A stretch of 64,000 nt of DNA. It comes from Eubacteriales bacterium (GTDB lineage: Bacteria; Bacillota; Clostridia; Oscillospirales; CAG-272). The stretch's first letter is position 1; every line of letters begins with the position of its first letter. The DNA lies in contig JAZNZE010000001.1 in NCBI GenBank assembly GCA_045594785.1, forward strand, positions 77,736-141,735, given 5' to 3'. The position numbers and the translations under genes are program-made. The notes under the pieces were generated by a model, which was not told where the DNA came from, searched no databases, and saw only the letters and a list, made by a program, of their open reading frames with translations. Of this stretch, positions 20,541 to 30,079 are shown in pieces.

Positions 20541-20542
20541 CT

Positions 20543-21697
20543 TTACTCCACTTTAAATTCCTGTATTTTTGCCACGTCAGAACAAACCACCGCATCACAT
20601 ATCATTTTGTATCCGTCTTCCGAAAATTCACCGCTTGTAACCATGCGTCTTGCTTCCTTATCACTGAGAAAATCCAGAAGCTTAAGCCTGAGCTGCTCCC
20701 CGGCAAGCGACACCAGCTCATCATCGGAAAGCTCCTTCTCGAAAATTTCATACTCCTTAAAATAGAGCTTTCTAATGCTTATCGGAAGGCGTTTTCCAAG
20801 GGTTAAGTATTTTGTCTCTTCTATTATATCACAACTATCACTTAGTTGTCCATATTTTTTAAAAATATTTATGGGTATGCCGAAAAAAATTATTTTTCTG
20901 TCGGCAAGTCGGCTTTCCTTATATACCTTTTCGCTTACCTTTCGCACCGCATTTACGGATATACTATCGTTATACCGCCCTATAACAGTTCCCGATGCAT
21001 AGCAAAAGCCGCCGCCAAGCTCGGTAGGAATTACACCGGAAATAATCACCTCGCCCTCACGAACGCTTTCTCCCTTTTTAACCATAGGATAACCGCTTTC
21101 AACTATTATTTCTTCTATAACGCAGTCTCTTGCGGCAACTACGTTTGCATATCCGCATGGCTTCTCTTCCTCCTCGTACACGGTTTTTTCGCCAATCCTT
21201 ACGTAAGCAACCGCGCCTCTTCGGTTAATATTCACCCAGGCAACAGACTTAGAGGCGGCAAGCATATTTATTTCTATTTGGTTCTTATCGAGCTTACTCC
21301 ACCGAGCACCCACGCTGAGCCCGGCCTCTGATAGCTCAGCCAGAATTTCTTCTTCCGAGCCACCCGTATCGCCCTCTATCCGCACGTCCCATACAACCCC
21401 CGAGCTTACGAAAAGCATAACGGCAGCAATAAACAAACCTAAAATAACTCCAAGCCGTTTTTTATTCTTAAGAATAAATCCGTATAAGCCAAGCGGCTCT
21501 GAAGCTGCGTATTTCACTTTCCCTTCAAAAAGCATAGACACCGCATCTTTATTTCGGAAAGGAACGATAAATCTATTCTTTTTGTCAAAGGATGCACTTA
21601 TATCTGCTCCAAGTAAAATATCTGCCGCTATAGCCTTATCTTCATCGGCAATGCTGAATACAAAATACCCGAAAAGAAAGAGGTCAGCTCTTATCAT
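20543..21697 (-). CDS. yqfD: Sporulation protein YqfD
   Basis: 384 aa with a single central TM segment. Its size and its position between yqfC and phoH match the Bacillus/Clostridium yqfD locus. Confidence 0.85.
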   Translation of the reverse strand: MIRADLFLFGYFVFSIADEDKAIAADILLGADISASFDKKNRFIVPFRNKDAVSMLFEGKVKYAASEPLGLYGFILKNKKRLGVILGLFIAAVMLFVSSGVVWDVRIEGDTGGSEEEILAELSEAGLSVGARWSKLDKNQIEINMLAASKSVAWVNINRRGAVAYVRIGEKTVYEEEEKPCGYANVVAARDCVIEEIIVESGYPMVKKGESVREGEVIISGVIPTELGGGFCYASGTVIGRYNDSISVNAVRKVSEKVYKESRLADRKIIFFGIPINIFKKYGQLSDSCDIIEETKYLTLGKRLPISIRKLYFKEYEIFEKELSDDELVSLAGEQLRLKLLDFLSDKEARRMVTSGEFSEDGYKMICDAVVCSDVAKIQEFKVE

Positions 21698-21959
21698 AGA
21701 TAAATTTCACCTCCGAAAATCTGCCTATTACCTCCACGCACTTGCCCTCATAAACCGTCATATAAAGCTTCTTTCCGCTTATTATCAAAGAAAACGAAGA
21801 CGTTTTCAATTCGATTTCGTTATCGGAAAACTCGCTTATTCCCTTTACACCGGTACAAGAAAGACTTAGTCCTCTCGCGGTCTTATCAATTTCAAGGTGA
21901 AATGGAAAAGAGGCGGCAATCGGCGGTGAAGAAAGTTTTTTCTTTTCTTTTTTCTGCAT
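21684..21959 (-). CDS. yqfC: Sporulation protein YqfC (YabP/YqfC family)
   Basis: 91 aa. It overlaps the yqfD start by 14 nt and holds the conserved position. Confidence 0.8.
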   Translation of the reverse strand: MQKKEKKKLSSPPIAASFPFHLEIDKTARGLSLSCTGVKGISEFSDNEIELKTSSFSLIISGKKLYMTVYEGKCVEVIGRFSEVKFIYDKS

Positions 21960-22015
21960 TTTAGCACTCTCCGTTTCATAAAACTATAATAACTTTATGA
22001 CGGAGGAAGGAAAAA

Positions 22016-22945
22016 ATGACGCAAACGGCAGATAAAGCTAAAAACGCACCGAGTATAATCAAATCGGTTTTAGTTTTTTGGGCATTTATGATTTTCTCTG
22101 TTTTTGCCTCGGATAGCGTATCAAGAGAGATTCTTGACGGACTGATTTTCGCGGTAAACGTTATTTTGCCTACGGTATTTCCGTTTATGGTGCTTTCGGA
22201 TTTCGCAGCCCGCTGCCTTGAGTTCGAAAAAAGCAAATTTTTATCCTCGGCATTTGAGAAAGTCTTCAAAATTAACGGAATTGGAATTTCGGCATTTTTA
22301 TCCGGAATAGTCGGTGGCTTTCCTATAGGCGCGAAAAATGCGCTGGAGCTGTATGGGAACGGAAAAATATCAAAATGCGAATGTGAAAGGCTGATGTGTT
22401 TTTCTAATCTTCCAAGTCCGGCATACGTTATTTCTGCCATCGGAATAGGAATAGCGTCAAGCTTCAGGATAGGAATTATTTTATATGCAACAATTATCGC
22501 ATCTGCTTTGCTCGCAGGCTTTTTAATAGGAATAAACAAGACTTTTTTAAGAAAAACCGCAGTAAATATCGAGCAGAGTTATGATTTTGTTTCATCTTTA
22601 AAGACAAGTGCTTCATCATCTGTAAGCGTAGTATTTTTTATTTCCTTCTTTTCGGGAGTATGCGGACTTTTAAAGACTTTACCTATATCTTCTCTTTTAA
22701 AATGCTTCCTTATCTCCTTGACAGAAGTTGGAAATGCGACACTCTATATATCGGATTTGTGTATTTTCCCTTCAAAATTATCGCTTGCATTTATCGCATT
22801 TTCTCTTTCCTTTTCCGGAATTTCGGTTATTTTACAAAGCCTTGCAATTAATAAAAACGGTAAAATATCCGTACGGAAATGCCTTTTTTATAAGCTCATA
22901 CAGGGAACAGTTTCCTTCATTATAATTCTGCTTTTACCGATATAG
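22016..22945 (+). CDS. Polytopic membrane protein, nucleoside-recognition (Gate) domain / YlbJ-like
   Basis: 309 aa, strongly hydrophobic throughout. The pattern resembles sporulation integral membrane protein YlbJ, but it is shorter than the Bacillus protein. Confidence 0.55.
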   Translation: MTQTADKAKNAPSIIKSVLVFWAFMIFSVFASDSVSREILDGLIFAVNVILPTVFPFMVLSDFAARCLEFEKSKFLSSAFEKVFKINGIGISAFLSGIVGGFPIGAKNALELYGNGKISKCECERLMCFSNLPSPAYVISAIGIGIASSFRIGIILYATIIASALLAGFLIGINKTFLRKTAVNIEQSYDFVSSLKTSASSSVSVVFFISFFSGVCGLLKTLPISSLLKCFLISLTEVGNATLYISDLCIFPSKLSLAFIAFSLSFSGISVILQSLAINKNGKISVRKCLFYKLIQGTVSFIIILLLPI

Positions 22946-23007
22946 ATATAAAAAAGCCGTGCGATACCCATTATCCGAGCATCGCACAGCTTTTGAAATA
23001 TCAGTGA

Positions 23008-23196
23008 TTAATTCGTAGGAATAGTAACCGGATGACCTATTGCAGCTCCGTCTTTATTCCAGGTGTTTTCTTTATCTTCATTGGGCGGATTTTTCTCCAC
23101 CTCAATCTGATCCATTGTGTCATCACAAGAAACAGTAAAAACAGCAATTGAAAAAATCATTAATATTATCATTATGAGGGAAATTGCTTTTTTCAT
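23008..23196 (-). CDS. Small putative lipoprotein
   Basis: MKKAISLIMIILMIFSIAVFTVSC is a signal peptide plus lipobox. GGAGG RBS before ATG 23196. The track's longer start would overlap pckG. Confidence 0.5.
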   Translation of the reverse strand: MKKAISLIMIILMIFSIAVFTVSCDDTMDQIEVEKNPPNEDKENTWNKDGAAIGHPVTIPTN

Positions 23197-23215
23197 AATT
23201 TCCTCCGTTTTTATT

Positions 23216-25009
23216 TTATTTTGAAAGTCTTGCTTCAAGAGCCTCAAGCTCAGCGTAGAATTCTGCAGGAACTCTATCGCCTACCTGAGCGTAGAATTCT
23301 CTGATGCCCTTGCAATCCTCAAGCCAAAGCTCCTTATCAACGTTGAGAAGCTCTGCGATAGTATCCTTAGAGATATCAAGACCTTCGATATTGATATCGT
23401 CAACGTTGGGAACGTATCCGATAGGTGTTTCAACTGCGCCTACCTTATCCTCGCAACGAGCAAGTATCCACATAAGGACGCGCATATTGTCGCCAAATCC
23501 GGGCCAGATGAAGTGACCTTCGTCATCGGTTCTGAACCAGTTAACGTGGAAAATCTTGGGAGCATTGGGGGTTACCTTACCCATAGCAAGCCAGTGTGCC
23601 CAGTAGTCACCCATATCGTAGCCTACGAAGGGACGCATAGCCATCGGGTCACGGCGAACAACGCCTACTGCACCGGAAGCTGCCGCGGTGGTCTCGGATG
23701 CCATTATAGAGCCAACGAACGCACCGTGCTGCCAGCCGAACGACTGATATACAAGGGGAGCGGTCTTTGCGCGGCGTCCGCCGAATACGATTGCGGAAAT
23801 CGGAACGCCTGCGGGGTCGTTGAACTTATCGGAGAGACAAGGACAGTTGATAGCCTTAGCGGTAAATCTGGAGTTAGGATGCGCACCGGAGGTATTTACC
23901 TTATCGGCTTTATCGTACTTAGTATAATCCCACATCTCGCCCTTCCAGTTGCGAGCGTTCTTGGGAGGATTGTTATCAAGACCTTCCCACCAGATAGTGT
24001 TATCGTCAAGATTGTGACAAACGTTGGTAAATATAGTATCGCGCATTGCGGTTGCAAGTGCGTTGGGGTTAGACTTTTCGTTAGTACCGGGAGCAACGCC
24101 GAAGAAGCCGTTCTCGGGGTTAACTGCCCAAAGTCTTCCGTCAGCACCGACACGAAGCCATGCAATATCGTCACCTACGCACCAGGTCTTATAGCCCTTA
24201 TTCTTATAGATTGCGGGAGGAATAAGCATTGCGAGGTTGGTCTTACCGCAGGCAGAGGGGAATGCCGCAGAGATGTACTTAACCTCTCCTTCGGGATTCT
24301 CAATACCGAGAATAAGCATATGCTCTGCCATCCAGCCTTCCTTGCGTCCAAGATAGGATGCAATACGAAGAGCGAAGCACTTTTTACCGAGAAGAACGTT
24401 TCCGCCGTAGCCGGAGTTAACAGACCAAATGGTGTTATCCTCGGGGAAATGACAGATATATCTGTTGTCTTCATCTATATCCTTACGGGCGTGAAGTCCC
24501 TTGATGAAGTCTGCACTGTCACCGAGAGCCTCAAGAACGTTAAGTCCTACTCTGGTCATTATAAGCATATTAAGTACAACGTAGATAGAATCGGTAAGCT
24601 CAATTCCGTACTTAGCAAAGTCAGAGCCTACTACGGACATCGAATAAGGAATTACGTACATAGTTCTTCCCTTGTACGAGCCGTCATAAAGCTTAGAAAG
24701 CTTTGCGTAGCACTCTACGGGGTCCATCCAGTTATTGATGTTACCTGCATCCTCCTTCTTTCTGGTGCAGATAAAGGTTCTGCCCTCAACGCGCGCAACG
24801 TCGTTAATAGCAGTTCTGTGAAGATAGCAGCCGGGAAGCTTCTCTTCGTTAAGCTTGAGCATCTCACCCGTTTTTACAGCTATAGCTCTGAGCTCCTCAG
24901 CCTGCTTTTCAGAGCCGTCAATAAGTACGATGTTATCGGGCTTTACAAGCTCAGCCATCTCACCTATCCACTCGTTTACAAACTTGTTGGAAGTTACGTT
25001 TGTGTTCAT
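23216..25009 (-). CDS. pckG: Phosphoenolpyruvate carboxykinase (GTP)
   Basis: 597 aa with the FPSACGKTN kinase-1a motif and overall GTP-PEPCK architecture. Confidence 0.95.
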   Translation of the reverse strand: MNTNVTSNKFVNEWIGEMAELVKPDNIVLIDGSEKQAEELRAIAVKTGEMLKLNEEKLPGCYLHRTAINDVARVEGRTFICTRKKEDAGNINNWMDPVECYAKLSKLYDGSYKGRTMYVIPYSMSVVGSDFAKYGIELTDSIYVVLNMLIMTRVGLNVLEALGDSADFIKGLHARKDIDEDNRYICHFPEDNTIWSVNSGYGGNVLLGKKCFALRIASYLGRKEGWMAEHMLILGIENPEGEVKYISAAFPSACGKTNLAMLIPPAIYKNKGYKTWCVGDDIAWLRVGADGRLWAVNPENGFFGVAPGTNEKSNPNALATAMRDTIFTNVCHNLDDNTIWWEGLDNNPPKNARNWKGEMWDYTKYDKADKVNTSGAHPNSRFTAKAINCPCLSDKFNDPAGVPISAIVFGGRRAKTAPLVYQSFGWQHGAFVGSIMASETTAAASGAVGVVRRDPMAMRPFVGYDMGDYWAHWLAMGKVTPNAPKIFHVNWFRTDDEGHFIWPGFGDNMRVLMWILARCEDKVGAVETPIGYVPNVDDINIEGLDISKDTIAELLNVDKELWLEDCKGIREFYAQVGDRVPAEFYAELEALEARLSK

Positions 25010-25075
25010 TGATATATCTCCTTAAAATTATTAATCATACAGTAGGCTTCAAAAAGCCAAACCTTCCACATTTGC

Positions 25076-25104
25076 ATTATAGCATAAAATATATTCTTTT
25101 GCAA
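25076..25104 (-). promoter_or_regulatory. Sigma-A-type promoter for pckG
   Basis: On the minus strand: TTGCAA (25099-25104), 17-nt spacer, TATAAT (25076-25081). Confidence 0.45.
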
Positions 25105-25395
25105 TAAAAAAATCAAACTTTTTATTGTTTTTTTAAATTATTAAAACTTTTTTCACATTTTGCCGCAGCTTTTTGCTTTTTCCGTAGGTCTCATTTTATT
25201 CTTTTTTGTCGCAAAAGAATTTTTTGGGTGTTTTTCTGCTCAAAATTGGTAAAATTTACCATTTTGTTTGAAATAACTTTGTAAATTTTTTTGCTAGTTA
25301 TACACTTGATTTTCCCTCCGGGTTTGTGATAAAATTATCTTACGCCGAAAATTTCCAAATTTTACCATTTTTCAAAAAAACAAAGGAGTTAAAAA

Positions 25396-26166
25396 ATGAA
25401 AAACAACACAAAAATTCTAATTTGCAACGAAAATGCGGAAGAAAGAAGTCGCCTTATCAAAAAACTTGCAGAGGGAGGATACGAAAGATGCGACTTTGCT
25501 GAGGACGGCGAGCGTGCTCTGGAAATGATAAAAACCGCAAGATACGACATAGTTATAACAGACCTTTGGCTTTCCGGTATAGACGGTATAGGCATTATAC
25601 GCTCGGGAATAAAGCTGACCGGAAAGGACAAGCCTTCGTTTATTCTTACCTCCCCGATAAATAAACAGGCAATTCTCGTGGAAGCCACCGAGGCAGGTGC
25701 AGACCTTTGCATTCCCAAGCCGTTTGACTTCTCGGTAATGCTCTCGCACATAGATTCGCTTATAAAAATAAAAAACCGCCCGACAAGCGATGCAGATGCA
25801 AAATCGGGCGATATTGAGGCTCAGGTTACTAAAATTATTCATCAGATTGGCGTTCCTGCACATATTAAGGGCTATCAGTACCTCAGAACCGCAATTCTTA
25901 TGACTATCGAGAATAACGATATAATTAATTCGGTTACGAAGATTCTTTACCCCGGAGTAGCGAAGAAATATCAGACAACGACCTCGCGCGTTGAAAGAGC
26001 TATAAGGCACGCAATTGAGGTTGCCTGGGACAGAGGTGACGTTGACACTCTTAACGCATATTTCGGGTATACGATTCAGAACACCAGAGGCAAGCCTACG
26101 AATTCAGAATTTATAGCTATGATAGCAGACAATCTCAGGCTTAAATACAAATACGCTACTGTATAA
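25396..26166 (+). CDS. spo0A: Sporulation master regulator Spo0A
   Basis: 256 aa with a receiver domain ([14 protein letters not shown]) and a Spo0A-specific C-terminal domain ([13 protein letters not shown]...[18 protein letters not shown]). Confidence 0.95.
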   Translation: MKNNTKILICNENAEERSRLIKKLAEGGYERCDFAEDGERALEMIKTARYDIVITDLWLSGIDGIGIIRSGIKLTGKDKPSFILTSPINKQAILVEATEAGADLCIPKPFDFSVMLSHIDSLIKIKNRPTSDADAKSGDIEAQVTKIIHQIGVPAHIKGYQYLRTAILMTIENNDIINSVTKILYPGVAKKYQTTTSRVERAIRHAIEVAWDRGDVDTLNAYFGYTIQNTRGKPTNSEFIAMIADNLRLKYKYATV

Positions 26167-26228
26167 TGCCGCGAAAATCAATAAAAAAGCCGCCTCGGCT
26201 ATCAAGCCAAGGCGACTGACTGTATTTA

Positions 26229-26834
26229 TCAGTTAAAATAACGTCTTCCCTCCATTGCGCGATAAAGAGTTACCTCGTCAGCATACTCAATATCACCGCC
26301 AACGGGAATTCCGTAAGCAAGGCGGGATACCTCCACCTCGTACGGCTCGAGAATACGCGCAAGATACGCCGCGGTAGTATCTCCGCCGGGTGTCGGGTTG
26401 GTTGCTATTATGACTTCCTTTACGTTTCCTGCCTTTACACGCTCCACAAGCTCGGCAAAGCTTAAATCTGCCACGCCCACGTTATCTATAGGCGAAAGCG
26501 CTCCGCCGAGAACGTGATAAAGCCCCTTATATCCGCGAACCTTCTCCATTACCATTACGTCCTTAGGATTTTCGACAACGCATATAACGGAGCTGTCTCT
26601 GCTCTCATCAGAGCAAATCTCGCACTTATCAAGGGAAGCCGTAAGTCCGAAGCAAACGGGACACTTATGCACGTCACGCTTAATTGCAAGAACGGCATCA
26701 GAGAAGCGCATAGCCTCGTCATCGGTTAGGTTGAGCACGGCAAATGCGTATCTTGCGGCAGTTTTGCTTCCTACGCCGGGAAGACGGCGGAATTCTTCAA
26801 TAAGCCTTTGAATAGGCGCAATATACTCAGCCAT
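26229..26834 (-). CDS. recR: Recombination protein RecR
   Basis: 201 aa with an HhH N-terminus, a C4 zinc finger (CPVCFGLT...CEIC) and a Toprim domain. Confidence 0.96.
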   Translation of the reverse strand: MAEYIAPIQRLIEEFRRLPGVGSKTAARYAFAVLNLTDDEAMRFSDAVLAIKRDVHKCPVCFGLTASLDKCEICSDESRDSSVICVVENPKDVMVMEKVRGYKGLYHVLGGALSPIDNVGVADLSFAELVERVKAGNVKEVIIATNPTPGGDTTAAYLARILEPYEVEVSRLAYGIPVGGDIEYADEVTLYRAMEGRRYFN

Positions 26835-27181
26835 TAAAACATACCGGGAAGCGACATTGAGCCGGTTATTTTGGACATTTCGTCCTGCGAAACCGATTCA
26901 ACCTTCTTTATTGCCTCGTTCACAGCGGCAGTAATTAGGTCCTCAAGCGTTTCGATATCATCGGGGTCTACCACCTCGGGCTCTATTTTAACAGAAAGTA
27001 TTTCCTTCTTTCCGTTGATTTTTACGTTAACAACTCCGCCGCCTGCAGCAACGTCATATTCGCGCTCTTCAAGCTCTGCCTGCAGATTTGCCATATCCTC
27101 CTGCATTTTCTGAGCCTGCTTAAGCATAGACTGCATATTTCCCGGGCCTCCGCCCATTCCCTGAGGTAATCTTACTTTCAT
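26834..27181 (-). CDS. ybaB: Nucleoid-associated protein YbaB/EbfC
   Basis: 115 aa with the MLKQAQKMQEDM motif. It lies between dnaX and recR, as is almost universal. Confidence 0.93.
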   Translation of the reverse strand: MKVRLPQGMGGGPGNMQSMLKQAQKMQEDMANLQAELEEREYDVAAGGGVVNVKINGKKEILSVKIEPEVVDPDDIETLEDLITAAVNEAIKKVESVSQDEMSKITGSMSLPGMF

Positions 27182-27198
27182 TTTATCGTTCCTCCAAT

Positions 27199-28767
27199 TT
27201 ATATATTATCAAGATCTGACGAAAAACCGCTCTGCGAGCCCTGCGGCTTAGGTTTTACCGTTACGGTAATTTCGGTTGGATTTTTGCCTTCTTTTTCGGC
27301 AATTACACCTCGTATAATCGACATATCCGAGGGACTTGAGCCGAGCTTACTCGCAAAGAATCCGCTCATTTCAATCAAAAACGAGTTCTCTGACGTGCGA
27401 TACGCCTTTGCACCGACAAACTGACTGGACAAGGATTTTTTAATTTCGGCAACTCTCTCCAGAACACTGCCGAAGGCTGCGTAAGCTTCGGGTGCTGCAC
27501 TGCTTTTCTTCACCGAAGCCTCACTCTCTGCTGCGGAAGCCTTCGGCGGCTGCTCAGGCGCTTTTGTCTGCGGCTGCGCTCCCGCCGGCTGAGCAATAGG
27601 AACACCCATTTTAAGCATAGTCATCTGCTTTTCAAGCTCTTCCACGCGAACGGCCAGAGCCTCTGCCGTAGGCAAAAGCCTGGGGTCGCACATACGAGTC
27701 AAAGCAATTTCCGCTATACTGCGCTTGGCATTCGAAGCTCTTTGCATATCTGCAAGCGCACCCTCAAGAATCGAGGTGTGATATATAAGCTTAGCCATAG
27801 TGAAATCCTTAGAAATTTCACGAACGCGCTCGTATTCACCGTCAGTCAGGTCAAGATATGTCTTTGCCCTGTCGGTATTTCTCACTACCATTATGTCACG
27901 GTATGAATCAATAACCTCCTGCCAGAAAACAGAAATATCGCCGCTTGACATCACCGTGTCGTTTATTATCTCGTAAACCGTGGTAAAGTCTGATTTTCCA
28001 ACCGCTGCTATGAGGCGATATGCGCTTTCTCTGTCACCGGTTCCGAGAGTTGAAGCAACAAGAGAGGCATCTATATGAGTTTTTGAGCCTGCGCAGAGCT
28101 CGAGAAGACTTACCGCATCTCTCATTCCGCCTCGGCTGGCTCTGGCAATAAGCCTTGCACCGTCCTCACCGAGATCAATTCCCTCTGCCTCGGATATTTT
28201 GAAAAGCCTGGAAACTATAGTATCCGAGCTTATTCTCCTGAAATCAAGGCGCTGGCAGCGCGAAACTATGGTGGTGGGAAGCTTATGAAACTCAGTTGTC
28301 GCAAGAATAAACACTACGTACTGAGGCGGCTCTTCAAGCGTTTTGAGCAAAGCGTTGAAGGCGGCTCCCGACATCATATGAACCTCGTCAATTATATAGA
28401 CTCTGTATTTGAGAAGAGCGGGAGTAAAGCTGATTTCGTCTTTAAGGTTACGAACGTTATCGACACCGTTATTGCTGGCAGCGTCCATTTCAATAACGTC
28501 AGTGGCAATTCCCGCATCTATCGAACGGCAGGCATCGCACTTATTGCACGGATTGCCGTTATGAGAATTCTCGCAGTTAACCGCCTTAGCAAGTATTTTT
28601 GCACAGCTGGTCTTTCCCGTTCCTCGCGAGCCGCAAAAAAGATATGCGTGCGAGACCCTGCTATTTGCAACCTCATACTTTAATATGTCCGTAATTCGCT
28701 CCTGACCGCAGACGTCATCAAAGTCAAATGGTCTCCATTTACGGTATAATGCCTTATATTCTGCCAT
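27199..28767 (-). CDS. dnaX: DNA polymerase III subunit gamma/tau
   Basis: MAEYKALYRKWRP is the expected N-terminus. Motifs: GSRGTGKTS Walker A, a zinc module (CxxC) and SRC. I place the start at ATG 28767, which has a GGAGG RBS. The track's 60-aa extension runs into the SRP RNA region. Confidence 0.93.
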   Translation of the reverse strand: MAEYKALYRKWRPFDFDDVCGQERITDILKYEVANSRVSHAYLFCGSRGTGKTSCAKILAKAVNCENSHNGNPCNKCDACRSIDAGIATDVIEMDAASNNGVDNVRNLKDEISFTPALLKYRVYIIDEVHMMSGAAFNALLKTLEEPPQYVVFILATTEFHKLPTTIVSRCQRLDFRRISSDTIVSRLFKISEAEGIDLGEDGARLIARASRGGMRDAVSLLELCAGSKTHIDASLVASTLGTGDRESAYRLIAAVGKSDFTTVYEIINDTVMSSGDISVFWQEVIDSYRDIMVVRNTDRAKTYLDLTDGEYERVREISKDFTMAKLIYHTSILEGALADMQRASNAKRSIAEIALTRMCDPRLLPTAEALAVRVEELEKQMTMLKMGVPIAQPAGAQPQTKAPEQPPKASAAESEASVKKSSAAPEAYAAFGSVLERVAEIKKSLSSQFVGAKAYRTSENSFLIEMSGFFASKLGSSPSDMSIIRGVIAEKEGKNPTEITVTVKPKPQGSQSGFSSDLDNI

Positions 28768-28839
28768 CGAAGCCTCCATTAAAAATAAAAACGCGCAGCG
28801 GTATACTCGCGTTACTCCGCATACGCGCCAAAATATTAT

Positions 28840-29142
28840 TCGATACGTCCGATAGAACCATACACCTCTCCTTCGAAATACCCTTACACACGTTAACCGC
28901 TCCGTCTGCTCCGAACAGGCACCCCTGCGGCACACCCGATAAACCACTTAATGCTGCTTGGTTCCCCACCTGACATGATTCATAGCCTCGAATTGCGCAA
29001 GACCCATCCTTCAACACAGACAAAAACGGCGCAGACTACACAAGAGCAGCCCTTGGGAGAGGAATTGACCCCTGCTATAGCGGATTTCAGGTACAAGGCA
29101 CCGCTACTTCCCCGGCTGGTATGGCTCCACCGGACGCATCGA
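28840..29142 (-). ncRNA. ffs: Signal recognition particle RNA, long Bacillus type (scRNA/ffs)
   Basis: - On the minus strand, 28947-28974 reads GTCAGGTGGGGAACCAAGCAGCATTAAG. This corresponds to the domain IV motif GUCAGGUCCGGAAGGAAGCAGCAUUAAG.
- An Alu-domain-like stretch reads GCCGGGGAAGTAGCGGTGCCTTGTACCTGAAATCCGCT.
- The 5' end TCGATGCGTCCGGTGGAGCCATACC pairs with the 3' end GGTGTATGGTTCTATCGGACGTATCGA.
- The scr-dnaX-ybaB-recR synteny is classical.
- The ends are approximate. Confidence 0.85.
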
Positions 29143-29236
29143 AATGAGTTAAGCTTTTATATTATATCAAATATGTTTTCAAAAAGCAAGTGTTTTTTAA
29201 TATTTTTTACCGTTTATTAAAAAACAAAAAATTCTT

Positions 29237-29953
29237 CTAGACGACAAAGCCTCCGCTGACGTTCATAACGTCACCCGTGATAAAGCCCGCCGCATCAGAT
29301 GCAAGAAAATATGCAGCCTCGGCTATTTCCTCTGCCTTGCCTATTCTCATAAGCGGTGTTTCTTCGGAAATTGCCGCCTTGTCCTCTGCCGAAAGAGAGG
29401 CGTTCATATCGGTGTCGATAAGCCCGGGAGCTATAGCATTAACCGTAATTCCCGAGGGGCCGACCTCCTTGGCAAGAGCCTTGGTAAAACCTATCAAGGC
29501 AGCCTTGGTTGCGGAATAACACACCTCGCACGACGAGCCCGTAATTCCCCACATAGAAGAGATATTTATTATCCTGCCGTATCCGTTTCTTATCATTGAA
29601 GGAAGGACGCATTTAGAATAGGAAAAAGCCGCCTCAACGTTTACCGAAAACATCTCTTTCCACTCGTTCAGCGTCATATCGGTAATCAATGAAAAAGATG
29701 ATACTGCCGCGTTATTTATAAGGATTTCCACGTTTCCTAGCTTTTCTTCTGCAATTTTTACAGCTGCAACAATATCCGATTCAAAGGAAGAATCAGCGCG
29801 TATTGCAAGCGCCCCCGTTTCATCGGAAATAAGCCTTGCTTGCTCTTCGGATTTTTTATAAGTGAACGCAACCTTATAGCCACGGCTTGCAAACAGACGC
29901 ACCATTGCAGCGCCTATTCCGCGTGAGCCTCCGGTTATTAAAACAGTTTTCAT
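29237..29953 (-). CDS. SDR family oxidoreductase, 3-oxoacyl-ACP reductase (FabG)-like
   Basis: 238 aa with TGGSRGIG cofactor motif, NNAA, and the catalytic S...YSATKAA motif. Confidence 0.85.
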   Translation of the reverse strand: MKTVLITGGSRGIGAAMVRLFASRGYKVAFTYKKSEEQARLISDETGALAIRADSSFESDIVAAVKIAEEKLGNVEILINNAAVSSFSLITDMTLNEWKEMFSVNVEAAFSYSKCVLPSMIRNGYGRIINISSMWGITGSSCEVCYSATKAALIGFTKALAKEVGPSGITVNAIAPGLIDTDMNASLSAEDKAAISEETPLMRIGKAEEIAEAAYFLASDAAGFITGDVMNVSGGFVV

Positions 29954-30079
29954 TTATCGAACTTCTCCAAGTGATTTTTTACAATTTATTATATTATACA
30001 TTCTTTCCATTTTCTTGTCAATAAGATATTGACCTATCAGGTTATTAATGATAAAATATATTACACGTGAGGTGACACT

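Noticed and set aside
21976-22539. 187-aa minus-strand ORF overlapping the ylbJ-like gene.
   Set aside because: It is an antisense shadow of a hydrophobic membrane-protein gene. The plus-strand frame is longer (309 aa), has a family-like pattern, and fits the intergenic spacing with yqfC.
23513-25012. 499-aa ORF on the plus strand, the longest unexplained ORF in the track.
   Set aside because: It is the exact antisense shadow of the GTP-PEPCK gene, which has unmistakable motifs. The translation is low-complexity (Gly/Val/Cys/Ser-rich) and I saw no RBS or family features.
28754-29220. Two 89-aa ORFs (28754-29023 minus, 28951-29220 plus) and the 60-codon N-terminal extension of dnaX.
   Set aside because: The region is occupied by the SRP RNA. 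The dnaX start at 28767 has a GGAGG RBS and gives the canonical MAEYKALYRKWRP N-terminus.
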